Assembly: GCF_018977255.1 (NCBI RefSeq)
Contig: NW_024704742.1
Span: 26,848,001-26,912,000 of the forward strand
DNA length: 64,000 nucleotides
Source of the DNA: Callorhinchus milii
Lineage: Eukaryota
Reading direction: 5' to 3'
Shown: positions 13,479 through 26,994 of the stretch, in pieces
Layout: every line of letters starts with the position of its first letter
How positions within the stretch are numbered: position 1 is the stretch's first letter
Program-made: the position numbers and the translations under genes
Notes under the pieces: model-generated
Seen by the model: the letters and a program-made list of their open reading frames with translations, nothing else
What the model was told of the DNA's origin: nothing
Database searches by the model: none

Positions 13479-13743
13479 GTGTCAGCCTGGTTCAGTTGGT
13501 AGCACGCTCACCTCTAAGTCAGAAGGTTGTGGTTCAAGCCCCACAAAAGCACTTTGAATTTAATCCAGGCTAACTCTCCAATGCAATACTGGAGATGAGC
13601 GTGGCATCCAATTTACCTTGTGCAAATTGGATGCCATGTTCACCTTCAAATACGCAGTCACTAATCAATAAAAATGCTTTGGAGTTCTTTGAGGTGGCTC
13701 GATAAAGAGATAAGGCACAATATCAAAATGCAAGGATTATTAT
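13479..13743 (+). mobile_element. Deu-SINE-family copy, internally deleted
   Basis: Head tgtcagcctggttcagttggtagcac...gtcagaaggttgtggttcaagcccc and tail aaatgcaaggattatt. Confidence 0.65.
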
Positions 13744-15381
13744 GTAAGCACACACATTTGTCGTGATGCTGATCCCATTACATTAAAATGTTAATGGCTT
13801 TGCTTTAAAATGATGACTACTTGGAAAATGGGAGAGTAAAGCAAAAGAAGAAACTAAAGGAAAGGAAGGGGAAATCTAGCTATAGAATTGCCACCAGTCC
13901 TATTTTTGACAGGATATTCCATATTTTGAATAGATTTTCCTGATAATTTTGCACCGTAAGAAGATACACTACTGACAGGTGCAATCACAGGCATGTGCAC
14001 AAATCGTACAATAAGACAGAGATTTGGTCCATCAAGTATATTCCTTCCACAGAATAGAGAAGAACCCGGTTTCCTAAACTTTCAGAAGGTAGTTTATAAT
14101 TGACCGCCAGAGGCACACAAGATATATAAATATATATGTGTTAAACTAAGGTCCCATCTGCCTGCTTCAAGGTGGATATGGCACTTTTTGAAAAGAAGGG
14201 AATTTCTCCCAGTGTCCTGACCACCATCTTTCACGTTATTTAGATTACCTACTTATACAGCTTGTGTGACCATACTGGCACAAATGCGTGCAGTGTTGCC
14301 TACAAAACAACAACAATAATTTGCCTTTATTTAGCGTCCCTCGTGTAAAGTAGTGTCTCAGAGTGCTTAAAATAGCCACCACACACAAAAGTAGTCACCA
14401 CACTAAACTAATTACTGTAAACACTTTGAGATGTTATAAGATGCTCGATTAAAAAAGGCAAGTTCTGCTTTATATTCCCTGGTTGGATTGTTCCCCAACC
14501 AAAGTGACCCCAGCAAACACCTCTGTGAAATACCGCTCCAGTTGTAAGAGGTGGACAAGAGCAGTCAGGGTTTATTAACCTGCCAATTCCAGGAAGCAAT
14601 TCAACTCCACAAAATAGACTTAATGCTCAAGCAGGATACATCAACAGCCCATTTTCTAGATTTGAACAAATTGGGTAAAATTAAAAATGTTAATATTTAA
14701 ATTAAAATATTCCAAAGATAATTAATGAGCTAGTTATTCATAACATTTAAAATCAGTCCATGTAAGTCTGATGCTTTACATAGTTGTTTGATTAACAATT
14801 GCTGAAATGCATAAATTAACTGAATAAATAGTTAATGAAGCTGACAATGTTAAATTTGCAAGTAATTTAGAAAATATACAAGGACAAGAAGACATATACG
14901 TTGAGGTAAAAGATTAAGTGATGAATCTAAACGTGTCTTTTGACACATTTTGTTTAAAACTCAAATCTATTTCAGTGTTTGCATGTTCTAAAATATATAA
15001 CATGAAAAACTATCAAGTGCGGGAAAATGATCGCACAGATTTATCTATTCTTTGTCGGTCTTGGCAAAAGTTGCAAAATAAATTCTCCATGCATTTAGTT
15101 TTAGAAGGGACATGGAATCGTGGGTGACAGCATTAATAAGATACCAACATGGAAGTTAGAAAAGAAACATCTAAATGCTTAGGTAAAATTACAATGAGTA
15201 GAACAGGATATAATGGATATAAAACATCGGTTAGGATTTTTTATATGCAGATCAGGAAAGTGTAGCAAAATGGGAAACTGAAGAATAATAACTGCAATTG
15301 GAAATATGTACTGTAGAAATAGATTTATTGATTGATTTAGTTTTATTAAAGCATCCAGTTTTAAAACAAACGAGGGAAAAA

Positions 15382-15585
15382 ATATAGAAACAAGAGTATG
15401 CCATTCAGCCCCTTGAACCTGTTGTTCCACCATTCTATAAGATCATGGCTGATCTGTACCTCAACTCCAATTACCCGCCCTTGCCCCATATCCCTTGATC
15501 CCCTGCCCTAACAAATATCTATCCAACTCAGTCTTGAAAATGTGAATGGATCCAGCATCCACAGCCTTCTGGGGGAGAGAGTTGT
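15382..15585 (-). mobile_element. CR1 LINE 3' end fragment
   Basis: Reverse complement of the CR1 3' end at 40190-40370 (gatcatggctgatctgtacctcaact, gatccagcatccacagc). Confidence 0.75.
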
Positions 15586-18500
15586 ATTTATTTAGTTATG
15601 AGTAATGAGCTACATACATGTGAATCTGATTGTAAATGAGCATTTTGAAAATACATGGACAGCAATAAATTTGCTATAAGATTGAAGACTGAGCAGACTA
15701 CTGTGCTTTTTGGTTAGCCAGGTATCTTGACATATATAAACCCTTATCACCATGCTTGAATCTCCTAACAAAATTACTGAAGTTCCACATATGTATGGTT
15801 TCCATTTGTCTGGTATGCAGCACATACTCTATAAAGGGGTGCACCCTGCATACCTAATCCCAGAGAATTTAGGTAGAGGGTGGCAAGGACCAAGGCTTTG
15901 TGATCCCAGGATATGCATTTGGGGTTACTTCTGGAGTTTTACCAGTTTACCAGATAAATTGCAGAGAATTTGTGTAAGGTAAGCCCTACTTGTTAGATCT
16001 CTAACTTGCAGAGTTATCAGAAGTCGAATCCCACTTCCCAGGGAGTGGAATAACCCAGTGCTCATTGTTGAAATCAGTACATTTTGTTAACTGAGCAGAA
16101 TAATTCCCATTGAGGTTTAGGAGAGGGTTCAGATATCAGGACATTTAAGTTCTGTTGAAAAAAACATTGAGTGTTTTTTTAAACTGCTGAGAGGAACTGA
16201 AAACAAAGTCAAGTAGCTTGGACTGGGTTCACAGAAAACTAGCACGTCAGCATAACATTAAAGTGGAATATTGTTGCTTCACCTCCCACGTGGATATTTA
16301 CATAGACTGTACAATACAGAAACGGGCCATGTAAGTTAATCTTGTTAGTCTTTATACTCTGTGAGTCTCCATGCACTCTTTACTCCCATACCTTTCTATT
16401 CCCCTCTCTCTCGTATGTGTATATCTAAGTGGAACAGACTCAAAGTTAAGCAATTATATTTTGTTGGTTCAACACCTTTAAATAAGAACTGTATAAGTAT
16501 TTGTTTAGGTTGCAGTAAAAGGTTGGAGAAGTATTCTGGAGATTTTGCTTAATTTGCCTTTGGGAAATTAAGTAGAAGAAACTTTGAAGGACCTTTTTCA
16601 TCAGCAGATTAGGTGGAATGGGCAGAGTCTGAGACAATAGATTGTAATTAGTTTGTGGAAGGAACAAGCTCGATAGGCTAAATATGAGGTTTTTTTTTCT
16701 TTATTTAAGAAAAATTGTGGCCATTAAAGCGGAGTCAATAAAGTCATTTGAAAAGAATCGAATAAGCATTGAACAAATAAATATCTGAAAGAGCAGGAAA
16801 ATGGGATTCTGGTACATTTGCTCCAATGGGGGAGATGTGGAACTCAGTGGGTCGAATTGTCTGCTGAGCTGAAATGTTAAGTTGTTCTTTTCAAAAGATC
16901 TTGCAGCGAGAGTAATAATATCCAATGTTAAATTCACATTCAACAAGCGCTCAGGCTTTGCTCTTATGTTTTATAGAGCCGTCTGACCCACTGAATTGTA
17001 CATGTATCACAATTTTCAGTTTGACTCAGTTAGTCGCACTCACCTCTGGGATAGCAGGTTTAAGGTGAGGCTAATGTGAGTGTTTGATAATGGGAGTGTC
17101 AAGTTCTTCCACTGGGGAATGCCTTCACATAAGATGTTAAAACTGATGAGCCTCTGCCAGCTTTTCAGGTGGAAGTTAAAGACCCGATGTTATTATGATA
17201 GTTTCTCAAAGTGTCCTGGACAATGATCTTTCATGTATATTAGTCATTAAACTGTCTGCTGTAATTTTTCTGTGATAAATGGTTGCTGTGCTTACCTACA
17301 AAAACAGCTACTATACTTGACAGTAATTACTTGTGAAGCTCTTTGAGATGTTCATGGCATAAGACTAGTTCTTCTTCATACAAATTGTTCAACAATCTCA
17401 CTATACTTTGCATTGTTCACATTTATTTGTGTACTATTATCTATTTTGTGTGTAAGAGTGTGATGATTGAGAACACACAATAGTAAATGATTGCCGTTTT
17501 AATTATATCCAAGTAACTGATGGCTACTAGCTAAGAAAGGCATCGTCAGAATTTACTGATGCCCTGTGAGTTGGCTAATTGATTTACCATGTACTGTTTT
17601 CAGAGATTTAGATTTATAAACAAATCCTATGTGACCCTTATATTAAGTTTAAGAGGATTTGGAGTATCAACATTCGATGTTCAAGAAGAAAGACCACTGA
17701 AAAGATATACAACTCAAATAAGGTGAAAGTCAACTAGACTCAGATCTTTACAGAAACAACCTCCCCACATCCACCTTGGTTCTAACCTTTATTCTGGCTC
17801 TCATGTTCCCCATTCCCACTGCCAACTCTTCTTACCCTCTCACCCAAGCACATCTCCATGCCTTCCCTAACAGCCCACCCTCCCAACAAGCTCACTTCCA
17901 CTCCTTCTCTAACGTTCCACCTTCATCATTGTCCCTTCTCTATCCTCTCCACCCACCAACTTCTCTTCCTTTCTGTATTACCCTGCCCCTCTCCCAGTAT
18001 TCTCTGAGCTGGGAACTTGTCCATCTTGCATTTCTACATCCTTAAGGAAGGGTACAGGATTCTGCACAAGTGATGAAAAGGAGCCCCCGATACCTGCTGG
18101 AGCGAAGTAGTTGACCATTCTCACATATTCTCATAGAGATTGAATTCTAGGCAAGTGCACTTCATGAAATCAACCATTTCCCGGATGACAAAGGAACTCA
18201 AATCCTTGGCTATGTGTGTCAGGATGCTCAGTAAAGATCCTGTTGGACCTTCACCCTGGTCCCTTTATTGACGTATTGTTTCTAGTTGCCAGTTCATTCC
18301 TTAGTATCAGCACCAGATGGGAATATCTTTCTGGATCAACTAACTTTAGAAAAATAGCACAATCTGAGAATGTAATGTTCTACCTGTGAATGGCCACAAC
18401 CAAGTTGCAGTATAGCTTGTTCCTCTCTCAATTTCTGTACAAGTGTCTGGACAGGAGACCACAGTAATAGGGCTTGATTATCCACTCATGGTAAACTATT

Positions 18501-19772
18501 CCTGCTCCGCTCACTTAGTTCCATTACTGGTTGACTAATGTTTGGACTACAGTTTCCTCTCATTGGAATTGATTGTTGACAATTTCAAGGCTACATGTTA
18601 GATTATTAAAATCCAATATGTATTGGAAACTTTTTCTGATGCTCTTTATTTCAAAATAAACAGTTGCAAAGAAAAAAGTGGTCAGTCTCCAATGCTATTG
18701 TTTATCTACACTACAATAAAGTAGTGTACACTACACTTTACACTACATTTACACTGTACACTACGTTTTGCCCACAAAATATAGTTAATTCAATTCACTT
18801 TACAGTATATTCTGTGAAACACTTTGAGATGTCCCAAAGATGTGATAATCTATGCGTTTGCTATATCAAATGCAAGGATTATTATTATTAAAAAGTTTTG
18901 CCTCTTCTCGCATTAAATGAATCAGCATTAAAGCCTCATTTCTTTCATATTTCTTTTGTGTTTCACTAATTCTTTTCATGTCCTTTTATCTAATAATAAC
19001 ATAGTCAACTAGTGACTGTCCTTCTTGGGGGGAGGTAAGTAGGGTCTCCATAGAGCGGAGCTGGCTCCAAGATGGCATGCTTGGTAACTCAATGTTGCAA
19101 TGACTCAATCCACTGTTAACCATTCAAGCCAAAGTCCGAACAGGTAGGATGGTCCAAGCTGAACAAGCAGCAGGAAGCTTGCCAGACAGTGCTCTCAAAG
19201 GTCTGATAGGTGTCTTACCCGGTTAAACTCCAGCAGTGGGCCACGGGAGTTTGCACGTAGACCGACAATTTTTTTTTCTTTTTAAATTCTGTTTCAGTCC
19301 TGGTCTGGCTAGGTACAAATTCTGGATACCCTGAGTCAGTAAGATCGGGGTTTATTGTATGTGGAATTCTGTGTGATTCAGATAATCAGAAACATGGTGA
19401 TTTGATAGATTATTACACATGTCAAGAGACTTGGACTGACCAAACAAACAATGTCAGAACAGATTTCCAGACATGTAAAAAAAATGTCTAATCAGAAAAC
19501 CTACTTTGGGACCTTACATTTTCAATCTCATACATTTTTCGTTGTTTCTCATCCAAAACAAATGATGCTCTTCAGTGCTTAAATAACTCTTCCTATCATC
19601 AGAACTGTTTTTTTCTTCAGCTTTTTTTGTCTGAAAATCCCAAAATGTTCGATCCACAGTTGTTCTTGCTTCCCCACATCTGGCCCCGATGAGGACTACT
19701 TTCTGCTTACATCCATCTCCCCCCCCAGGACTGCTTTCCACCACATCACCCACTTCCTACCATACCACTGTG

Positions 19773-20180
19773 TGTCAGCCTGGCTCAGTGGTAACACTCT
19801 TGCCTCTGTGTCAGAAGGTTGGAACATCAGAACTTCAACTCACATTGTCCGAGCTGACACTTCAATATAGTGCTTGGGTTGTCTTGCATTGTCAGAGGTA
19901 CTGTCCTTCGGATGAGACATTAAACCAAGGACCCGTCTGCCTGGTCAGGTGAACATTAAAGACCCCATGGCACTATTTGAAAAGAGAAGAGAGTTTTTCC
20001 CGGTGTCCTGCTCAACAGTCCTATAGGTAAACAATTGGTCTTTTGCTTTATGACTGTTTGTGGGACGTTACTGTGTATAAATCAGCTACTGCCTTCACTC
20101 ACAGACACATAGTGATTCCCCTGAAGTGCTTTGGGACGCCTTCCTGACACGATACCAAATGCAAGGATTACTATTATTAT
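19773..20180 (+). mobile_element. Deu-domain SINE, near full length
   Basis: tRNA-like head tgtcagcctggctcagtggtaacactc; Deu core cttcggatgagacattaaacc...gaccccatggcactatttgaa; L2-like tail. Confidence 0.8.
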
Positions 20181-21520
20181 ACCTCACACCCAAAGCTGCT
20201 CAAAACCTCATCCACACTTTTGTCACTTCCTGCAGTAATTTCTCCAATGTCCTCGCCAGTTTCCCTAGCTTTAGCATTTACGATGTCCAGGTGATTTAAA
20301 CCTCCACACCCCATATCCTCCTGTACCAAACTCTACACCCCCATCACCCTAGTCCTTGCCAGGCTCCACTCTATTCACCTACAAATCACATAAGAACTTA
20401 AGAATTAGGCGAATGAAGACCATGATCCATCCAGTTCGCCTTCCTCCTGGCAGTCGCTAGGTATATTGTGTCTCATACTATACACTATCCCTAGACATGT
20501 TGTGTCCCACTGTATCCTGAGATACAGTATATAGCTTTATAGTGAGTTCTGGATATTGCAGTGATTAGAGGTACAGAGGAGGGCAACCAAATTGATTGAG
20601 GGGATGGATCATGGATCACGGCTGATCTATATCTTTACTAGAATCCAATTTCCCACTTCCTCCCCATATCCCTTAATACCCCGACCTACCAAAAATCTAT
20701 CAATCTCTTTCTTGAATAGTTTGGGACACAACATATCAAGCGACTACCAGGATGGTGAAAGATGAACTAGATGGACCTTGGTCTTCTTTTGCCTAGCAAA
20801 TTCTTATGTTCTTATATTATTTTCTAGCACAAATCTATCTGATTTGTTATCATGATCTACATTATCTAGTCCCTTCAGAATCTTAAAGACCGTAATCATA
20901 TCGTCCCCTCAATCTTCTCTTCTCCAGTGTAAACATGCCCAGTTTTATCTAATCGTTCCTCCTCGTAATCCAGTTCATCCATTCCCTCAATCATTTTGGT
21001 TTCCCTTCTCTGTATCCTCTCAATTGCTGCAATATCCTTTTTATATTATGATGACCGGAACTGCACACAGTATTTCAAATGATTTATGAAGTGGCAGGAT
21101 TACCCCATTATTTTGGCTCAATATTACCCTTTTAATACGCTGAATGCCTTAATGTCCTAACTCTTCAACCTGCTCACACACCATTATATGCGTGTCATTC
21201 AGCTAGCTCGGGCTTCTGTGCTTCAAACCTCTGGAACCCCCTCCTGAATCCCTGTACCAAGCCCACTCTTTAGAACTCCATCCCACAATCCCTTCGCCTT
21301 GCTCCCTCCCTTGCCTCCTTAAAGGCACGACTCAAGACCCTCCTTTTCGACCGTGCCTTCAGCCACCCTCCTACCCTCTCTGCCCTCCCTCACCCCGGAC
21401 CTGCACCCGCCCCCGCTCGGGTCCTGATTCCCAACTGTTCAGCGCCTTGGGATTACCTCCCAACGTGAGAAAGGCACTTTACAAATGTAATTTTGTTGTT
21501 GCTGTTGCTGTTGTTGTTTA
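20181..21520 (+). mobile_element. L2 fragment interrupted by rearranged CR1 pieces (~20389-21130)
   Basis: L2 ORF2-like sequence (aaaacctcatccacacttttgtcacttcc) resumes after ~21130 and ends in a (ttg)n tail. The insert carries cataagaac CR1-type terminal repeats in both orientations. Confidence 0.65.
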
Positions 21521-22235
21521 GCTGCCTTCAGATCACACCAGAAGACTTTCCTCTTCTTCCGTGCCTACGGTCACCTCCCCTTTCTCCCCTGCTTGGCATC
21601 CAACTGTGCCATTGTTCAGTGCTCTGAGACACCGCTCTGTGTTGTTGCATCACATTTTGCAGGTTCTGCTGTTCAGGATGCTGTACAATGTCACATGACT
21701 CATTACATTTTGGTCCAGTTTGCTTCCTTGTTTAAATATCCCCCTGTGGTTGACAGCACGTTAGTGTCTGCTCAATGCACCGAATCGGGGAACACATCAC
21801 GATGACACAGCTGCAAAATCCACCGATGCAGAAATATGCACTGCACCACATATGCACCAATGTATATAACGTACATAAAGTAAATAAAAGTTACCCAGAA
21901 TATAATTTCCTCTTTTTTGTTAGAAGATGTAAATTCAGTATTCGAACTGCCAGGCCATCCATCTATCCTTATGTTTCTTGATCGCTTATCTCTTATGTTG
22001 CAGCACCTTAATTGCTCTTAGGCTAAGCAATTGTTATTATTCCAAAACAAGCACTCCATTGCTGCATCATTGGAAATGCTGTCTGTCTGCTGACTCAGGG
22101 AGTAGTCTCATGCATCTTGAATTATTGTATCACAGATGCAAGGGTTTGCTTCCATTCATTCAAGATGATTCTTTCCCACTGTCAGAAAAAGAGAAAGGAC
22201 TTTCTTCTAATGATTATATAACAATAAATAATTAT

Positions 22236-22540
22236 ATAACCATAAATAATCCTTGCATTTTTCAAGTATTCTAGACGTCTCAAAGCGCTTCACAGAATAT
22301 ACTGTGAAGTGAATTGACTGTACATTTGTGGGTGAAATGGGGCAGCCAATCGTGCACAAACAGTTGTGGATTGAAGTGACCATTTATTTTTATTATTGTG
22401 TTTTTTCTCTTGAGGGATTATTATCAGTCATGTGGAGTAAGGAGATTTGCCCGAGGTTTTGCCCTGCCAGGAATCAACCCCAGGTCTCTTGCTTGCAAGG
22501 CGAGTGCCCTAACCACTGAGCTGAGCTGCAGGACTCCACG
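22236..22540 (-). mobile_element. tRNA-derived SINE with L2-like tail
   Basis: Reverse complement of the SINE consensus seen at 62072-62402. Confidence 0.8.
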
Positions 22541-23122
22541 CCACTGAGCCACAGGACTAATTGACCCAAACAATAATCTATGGATCCAAATGTATTAGTT
22601 ATTCAGATGGCCACCTGTGGGACATTGTCTTTTAGCGACATCAAGTGGTAGAATATAGTTACTGCACCATTTTCTTCTAAATCTGTTTGCAGTTTTGAGT
22701 TTCTTTCCTCCGAACAATTTATTTTGACAATCTTGTAAGTCCACACCCAGAGACACGGAGAGGTGATTTAATTTAATTAAAGAAAGTTGATTAAAAAAAA
22801 AAGGGAGTACTTCAATAGTCTACCGTGATTTTATTTTTGCTCCAATAATCCAATAATCTTCTCCCCTTCTGAAGAAGAATTATCCTTTAATTGGTAACAG
22901 TTCCACAGGTGCAGTTTTACCCTCTGCGTGCTTTGCTTGTGATCATCAGTCACATGTGAGACTTAAAAGTGTGTCATCAAATTATTTGCCCATGGGATGG
23001 GGGCGGTGGGGAGGGGAGAGGAGGAAAGCTATCATACAGTTCCATCTGGTCTTCAACTTTTCTCCACCTACTTAGAGGATTGCTAACTCGAACATCCTCC
23101 TTCATAAATGAAAGTCGTCGTA

Positions 23123-23430
23123 CACGGTGTCCACAAAGTCCTCTCACCCCATGTTTTTTTTCCATTTATCGTGCGCTGACCAACAACTGAAACATGTGGA
23201 AGAATAATGATAATTGTATTTAGAAGTACGTAACTGTATTCATTACAAGTGTTTAACCGTATTTAGACGTCCAGACGTTCAGTGTGAGCGCCATTGTTTT
23301 TATGGCAACATCTTCCATAACATGATGCAGCGACGATGCGAAATGTATCTCTGAGAGTTTGTTTCAGCTCCTCCATAATCTCATATCACTGTTTTGTAAC
23401 AGGAGGCAAGAGGACTTTATGGACACCCTG
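23123..23430. mobile_element. Tc1/mariner-type MITE, copy 1
   Basis: TIRs CACGGTGTCCACAAAGTCCTCT / AGAGGACTTTATGGACACCCTG flanked by TA on both sides. Internal sequence is homologous to 26665-26994. Confidence 0.85.
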
Positions 23431-23929
23431 TAGAGTTTAGTTACAACCTTCCACAGAGGCCTATCCTTGCATTACAACAGCTCCTAAATTAATAAGAAAG
23501 CAAAATACAATATGCTCTTCTCATTTGATATGTTTATAAATAGATCACGGAATATTAAATGCCGAAATTGTGTTGTAAGGCAGGCTAGTTTGCAGGACTT
23601 TCCATCCTTCGAGAAAATTTCGGAGCAAAGCTCCACCTAAATTCTTATTATCATGAAAATGATGTGCTCTGTATACGTGAAGCATAGGCATTGCAATGTC
23701 TGTTTTTGCCACAATTTGTGTTGTGTTGTGCTGCCCAGTTCAAGATCTCCTGTCAGTTCCTGCAGCAATAAAAATGGATGCTGCTATTTTTTTCTTCATG
23801 ATTCATGCAGTCCGTGCTATTTCTGCAGCTATCTCGTAACAGAACAGTTCCAACGAAAAAGCTGCAACTCTCCAATCACCCCAGAGTGTTGACATTTATT
23901 ATTTAGCTGTCAGTCATTATTTAGCTGTG

Positions 23930-24235
23930 GTGTCCTATAGCTCAGTGGTTAGAGTACTTGCCTCACAAGCAAGAGACCTGGGTTTGATTCCCGGCAGGGC
24001 GAAACCTTGGGCAAGTTTCCTTACTCCACACGCCTGATAATAATCCCTCAGGAAAAAAACAATAAATTGGTCATTTCAATCCACGACTGTTTGTGGGACA
24101 CTGCTGTGCACACAAGCGTGCCTCGTTTTGCCCACAAGTAAGCAGTCAATTCACTTTACAGTATATTCTGTGAAGCATTTTGAGACGTCTAGAAGATGTG
24201 AAAATATCAAATGCAAGGATTATTAATATTATTAT
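23930..24235 (+). mobile_element. tRNA-derived SINE with L2-like tail
   Basis: A box, B box and shared tail. Confidence 0.8.
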
Positions 24236-26664
24236 TCAGTCATCTTCCTATGTCTACGCTTCCTGCCCTTCACCCCCCACTGATCCCAACCCCCAACTCA
24301 GGTCCAAATCCCTGATTGTCCAGCACCTTGGGACGTCCTCCTGGCATGAAAGGAGCTAGAAAAAATGTTGTTTGTTGTTGTTGTTTAGCTGGGCTTTGTC
24401 TTAAGTTTAGTTACTGGTACGTTAAATACCACAGAAAGTTACAAATACAATACAGATACCTCTAACTCTGCTTCATCAAGAAAATTTTATTTTCTCCAAA
24501 TTCTTGTGTAGCGGAAAGCTGTGTAATGTAAATTGCTTATAAATACATACTGCTTATTTCCATTTGACTGGCTTCAGATTGATTCGAACACATTTACTGA
24601 TAGACTTTTCATTTCCAATGGATCAACTGGGTAAAATACTATACTCCATCCTACACAAAAGTTAGTGTGGCGTAAACATTAGTTCATTTAATAATGACTG
24701 GGAGCAATCATTTAAAATAATGAGCAAAGGAAGAGATAAGGCAGAATATTTTTACAGTTGTTAATATGTGGCACATCCTGTCGGGTGAGATAGCCAAGGC
24801 AGGACCCAAATTAGTTTTCAAGAGGGAACTAGATAAATAGCCAAACAGGAAGAATTTTCAGGGGTTATGTTAAAAAGACAAATTTCACAAGTAAAAGGGA
24901 TTGAGATGTACAGAGTGGCTCATATACGTTGCACTGCAACAGATCGATTAATCCATGAGCATCTCAAATGCGATATCAGCCTGCAAACCTGAATAGTATA
25001 TTCCCAGGTACAGTAACCATAGAGCGCAAGCGTGTTCTGATGACATGGTTAAACACTCCGAAGAACCAAGCAAATCTGTATCCATGCTTTGGAAAGCTAA
25101 TATGAAAACACACCATTGGAACCAGAGATTAACATTCTTGTAGTTTTATCTTCTGCTGATCGACTACCAACCGAGTTCCTATTCACTACTAAGTAAACAG
25201 GCATGTGGATTAAGAAAACTTGCCTAAGGTTGCCTACAACTGATGTTGGACAGACAATTCCGGATGACATCGCAAATGATCCTCGATGGTTAGTTAGATT
25301 TGTAAGAGAGAACGGATATATTACTACAGCCCTGAGATACAAGTTATGTTGAATGGGACCAATGCAGACGAGTGAAAATGAGCATAAATCTGGTTTTCCT
25401 AAAGGTCCCGATGACAAAAGATTTTCTGAATCCAGGTACACCTGCATTCTAACAAATCAGGCTCGAGAGAAAATAGACTGTCTTGAATTTAACAAAGATT
25501 GAGGCGATATTTTGCTTTCCATGCAAACAAACCAACAAATTGTGTTTATAGTGTGCCTTTTGTGTCGGGAGGACATCCCAAGGGCCTGGACAGTGAAGGG
25601 TTTGAACCCGAGCCGGAGGTTGGAGTCAAGAGGGCTGGAGGGCAAGGGGTGGAAGATGACCGAAGGTGCAGTCGAACAGGGGCATCTTGTGGCAAGCCTT
25701 GAAAGAGGCAAGGGAGGGAATGAGGCAGAGGGAGTCCAGGGTGAAATTCCAGAGGGTGGGAAGGCTCTTTGCACGTGAACAAGTTGGCGAAAATGAAATA
25801 AATTGGATAGAGCAAGAAGTCAAAAAGTGGCAGAAAAGATTAGAAAAATTACAATTCATAAATCTGGTGAACCGCACACGTATGTTTTAAAATAGAAAAA
25901 AATTGTAAGGCATTGGCGTTGTTCTGAATGAAACCTTTCAAAACGAGACTGGATAAAATAGGGAAAGGAGGAGAGCCCTGAAGCCAAGAAAAAAAATGAG
26001 AAAACGGTAATAGGAGAGATCCTGAAATGGATGCAAATAGCTGAAAATAACAATAATAATAATAATCCTTCATTTGATATAGTGCTTATTACATTGTTGA
26101 GACATCTCAAAGCGCCTCACAGGATATATTGTAAAGTGAGTTAAGTGTATATTTTGTCCATAAGCAGCCGGGGGCTTCACCCCTGAACCTACACCAAGGC
26201 GGTGAAATCAGGACTTCAACCCTCCATCCTTTGACCTTAGCTCTGCTACAGCTAATCCCTTCTCTTATACCCTAGATTCCCTTCTCCCTCACTTATGCGG
26301 CGTTTTCTCTTAAACACATTGATGCTTTTTGCTTCAACCAAAGTTTCCTGCAGTGAGTTCTACATTTTCACCACCCGCTGCGTAAAGAATTTCCTCGTAA
26401 ACTCTTCTTTAGATTTTATATTTATGCCCTCGCATTTTGGACTCATCAAGTAGAAGCGACCTATTAACATCCAGCTTATCAATTGCTTTCATAATTTTAA
26501 TTTTAAACCTCTATCAGGTACCATCTCAGTAGGTTCATCTCCAGGGAGAAAAGCAACATCCCAGTATGTAATACATAAAGAGGTAATTATTATTATTAAA
26601 TAGTATTATTAAATATAGACATGCAAATTTTCCAACAGGTATGGTTGGATAATTTCAGACTGTA

Positions 26665-26994
26665 CAGGGTGTCCATAAAGTCCTGCTACCTACATTTTTT
26701 TTTGCTACAGTACACTGATCATCAACTGGAACATGTGGAAGAATGATGATAATTGTATTTAGAAGTACTTAATTGTATTCAGTACAAGTGTTTAACTCTA
26801 TTTAGTCCAGAAGATCGGTGTGAGCACCATCAATCATGGCAGTTAATGATCCATCATCATGTTCATTGCGACATCTCCCACAACATGGATAAAGTGAGGA
26901 GGCAAAATCTCTTGACAGATTGTTTCAGCTCCTCCGTAGTCTCATATCGCTGTTTTATAATAGTGGAGGGTAAGAGGGCTTTTTGGACACTCTG
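26665..26994. mobile_element. Tc1/mariner-type MITE, copy 2
   Basis: TA-CAGGGTGTCCATAAAGTCC ... GGCTTTTTGGACACTCTG-TA, with the same internal blocks as copy 1 (aacatgtggaagaat, ttgtatttagaagtac). Confidence 0.85.
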
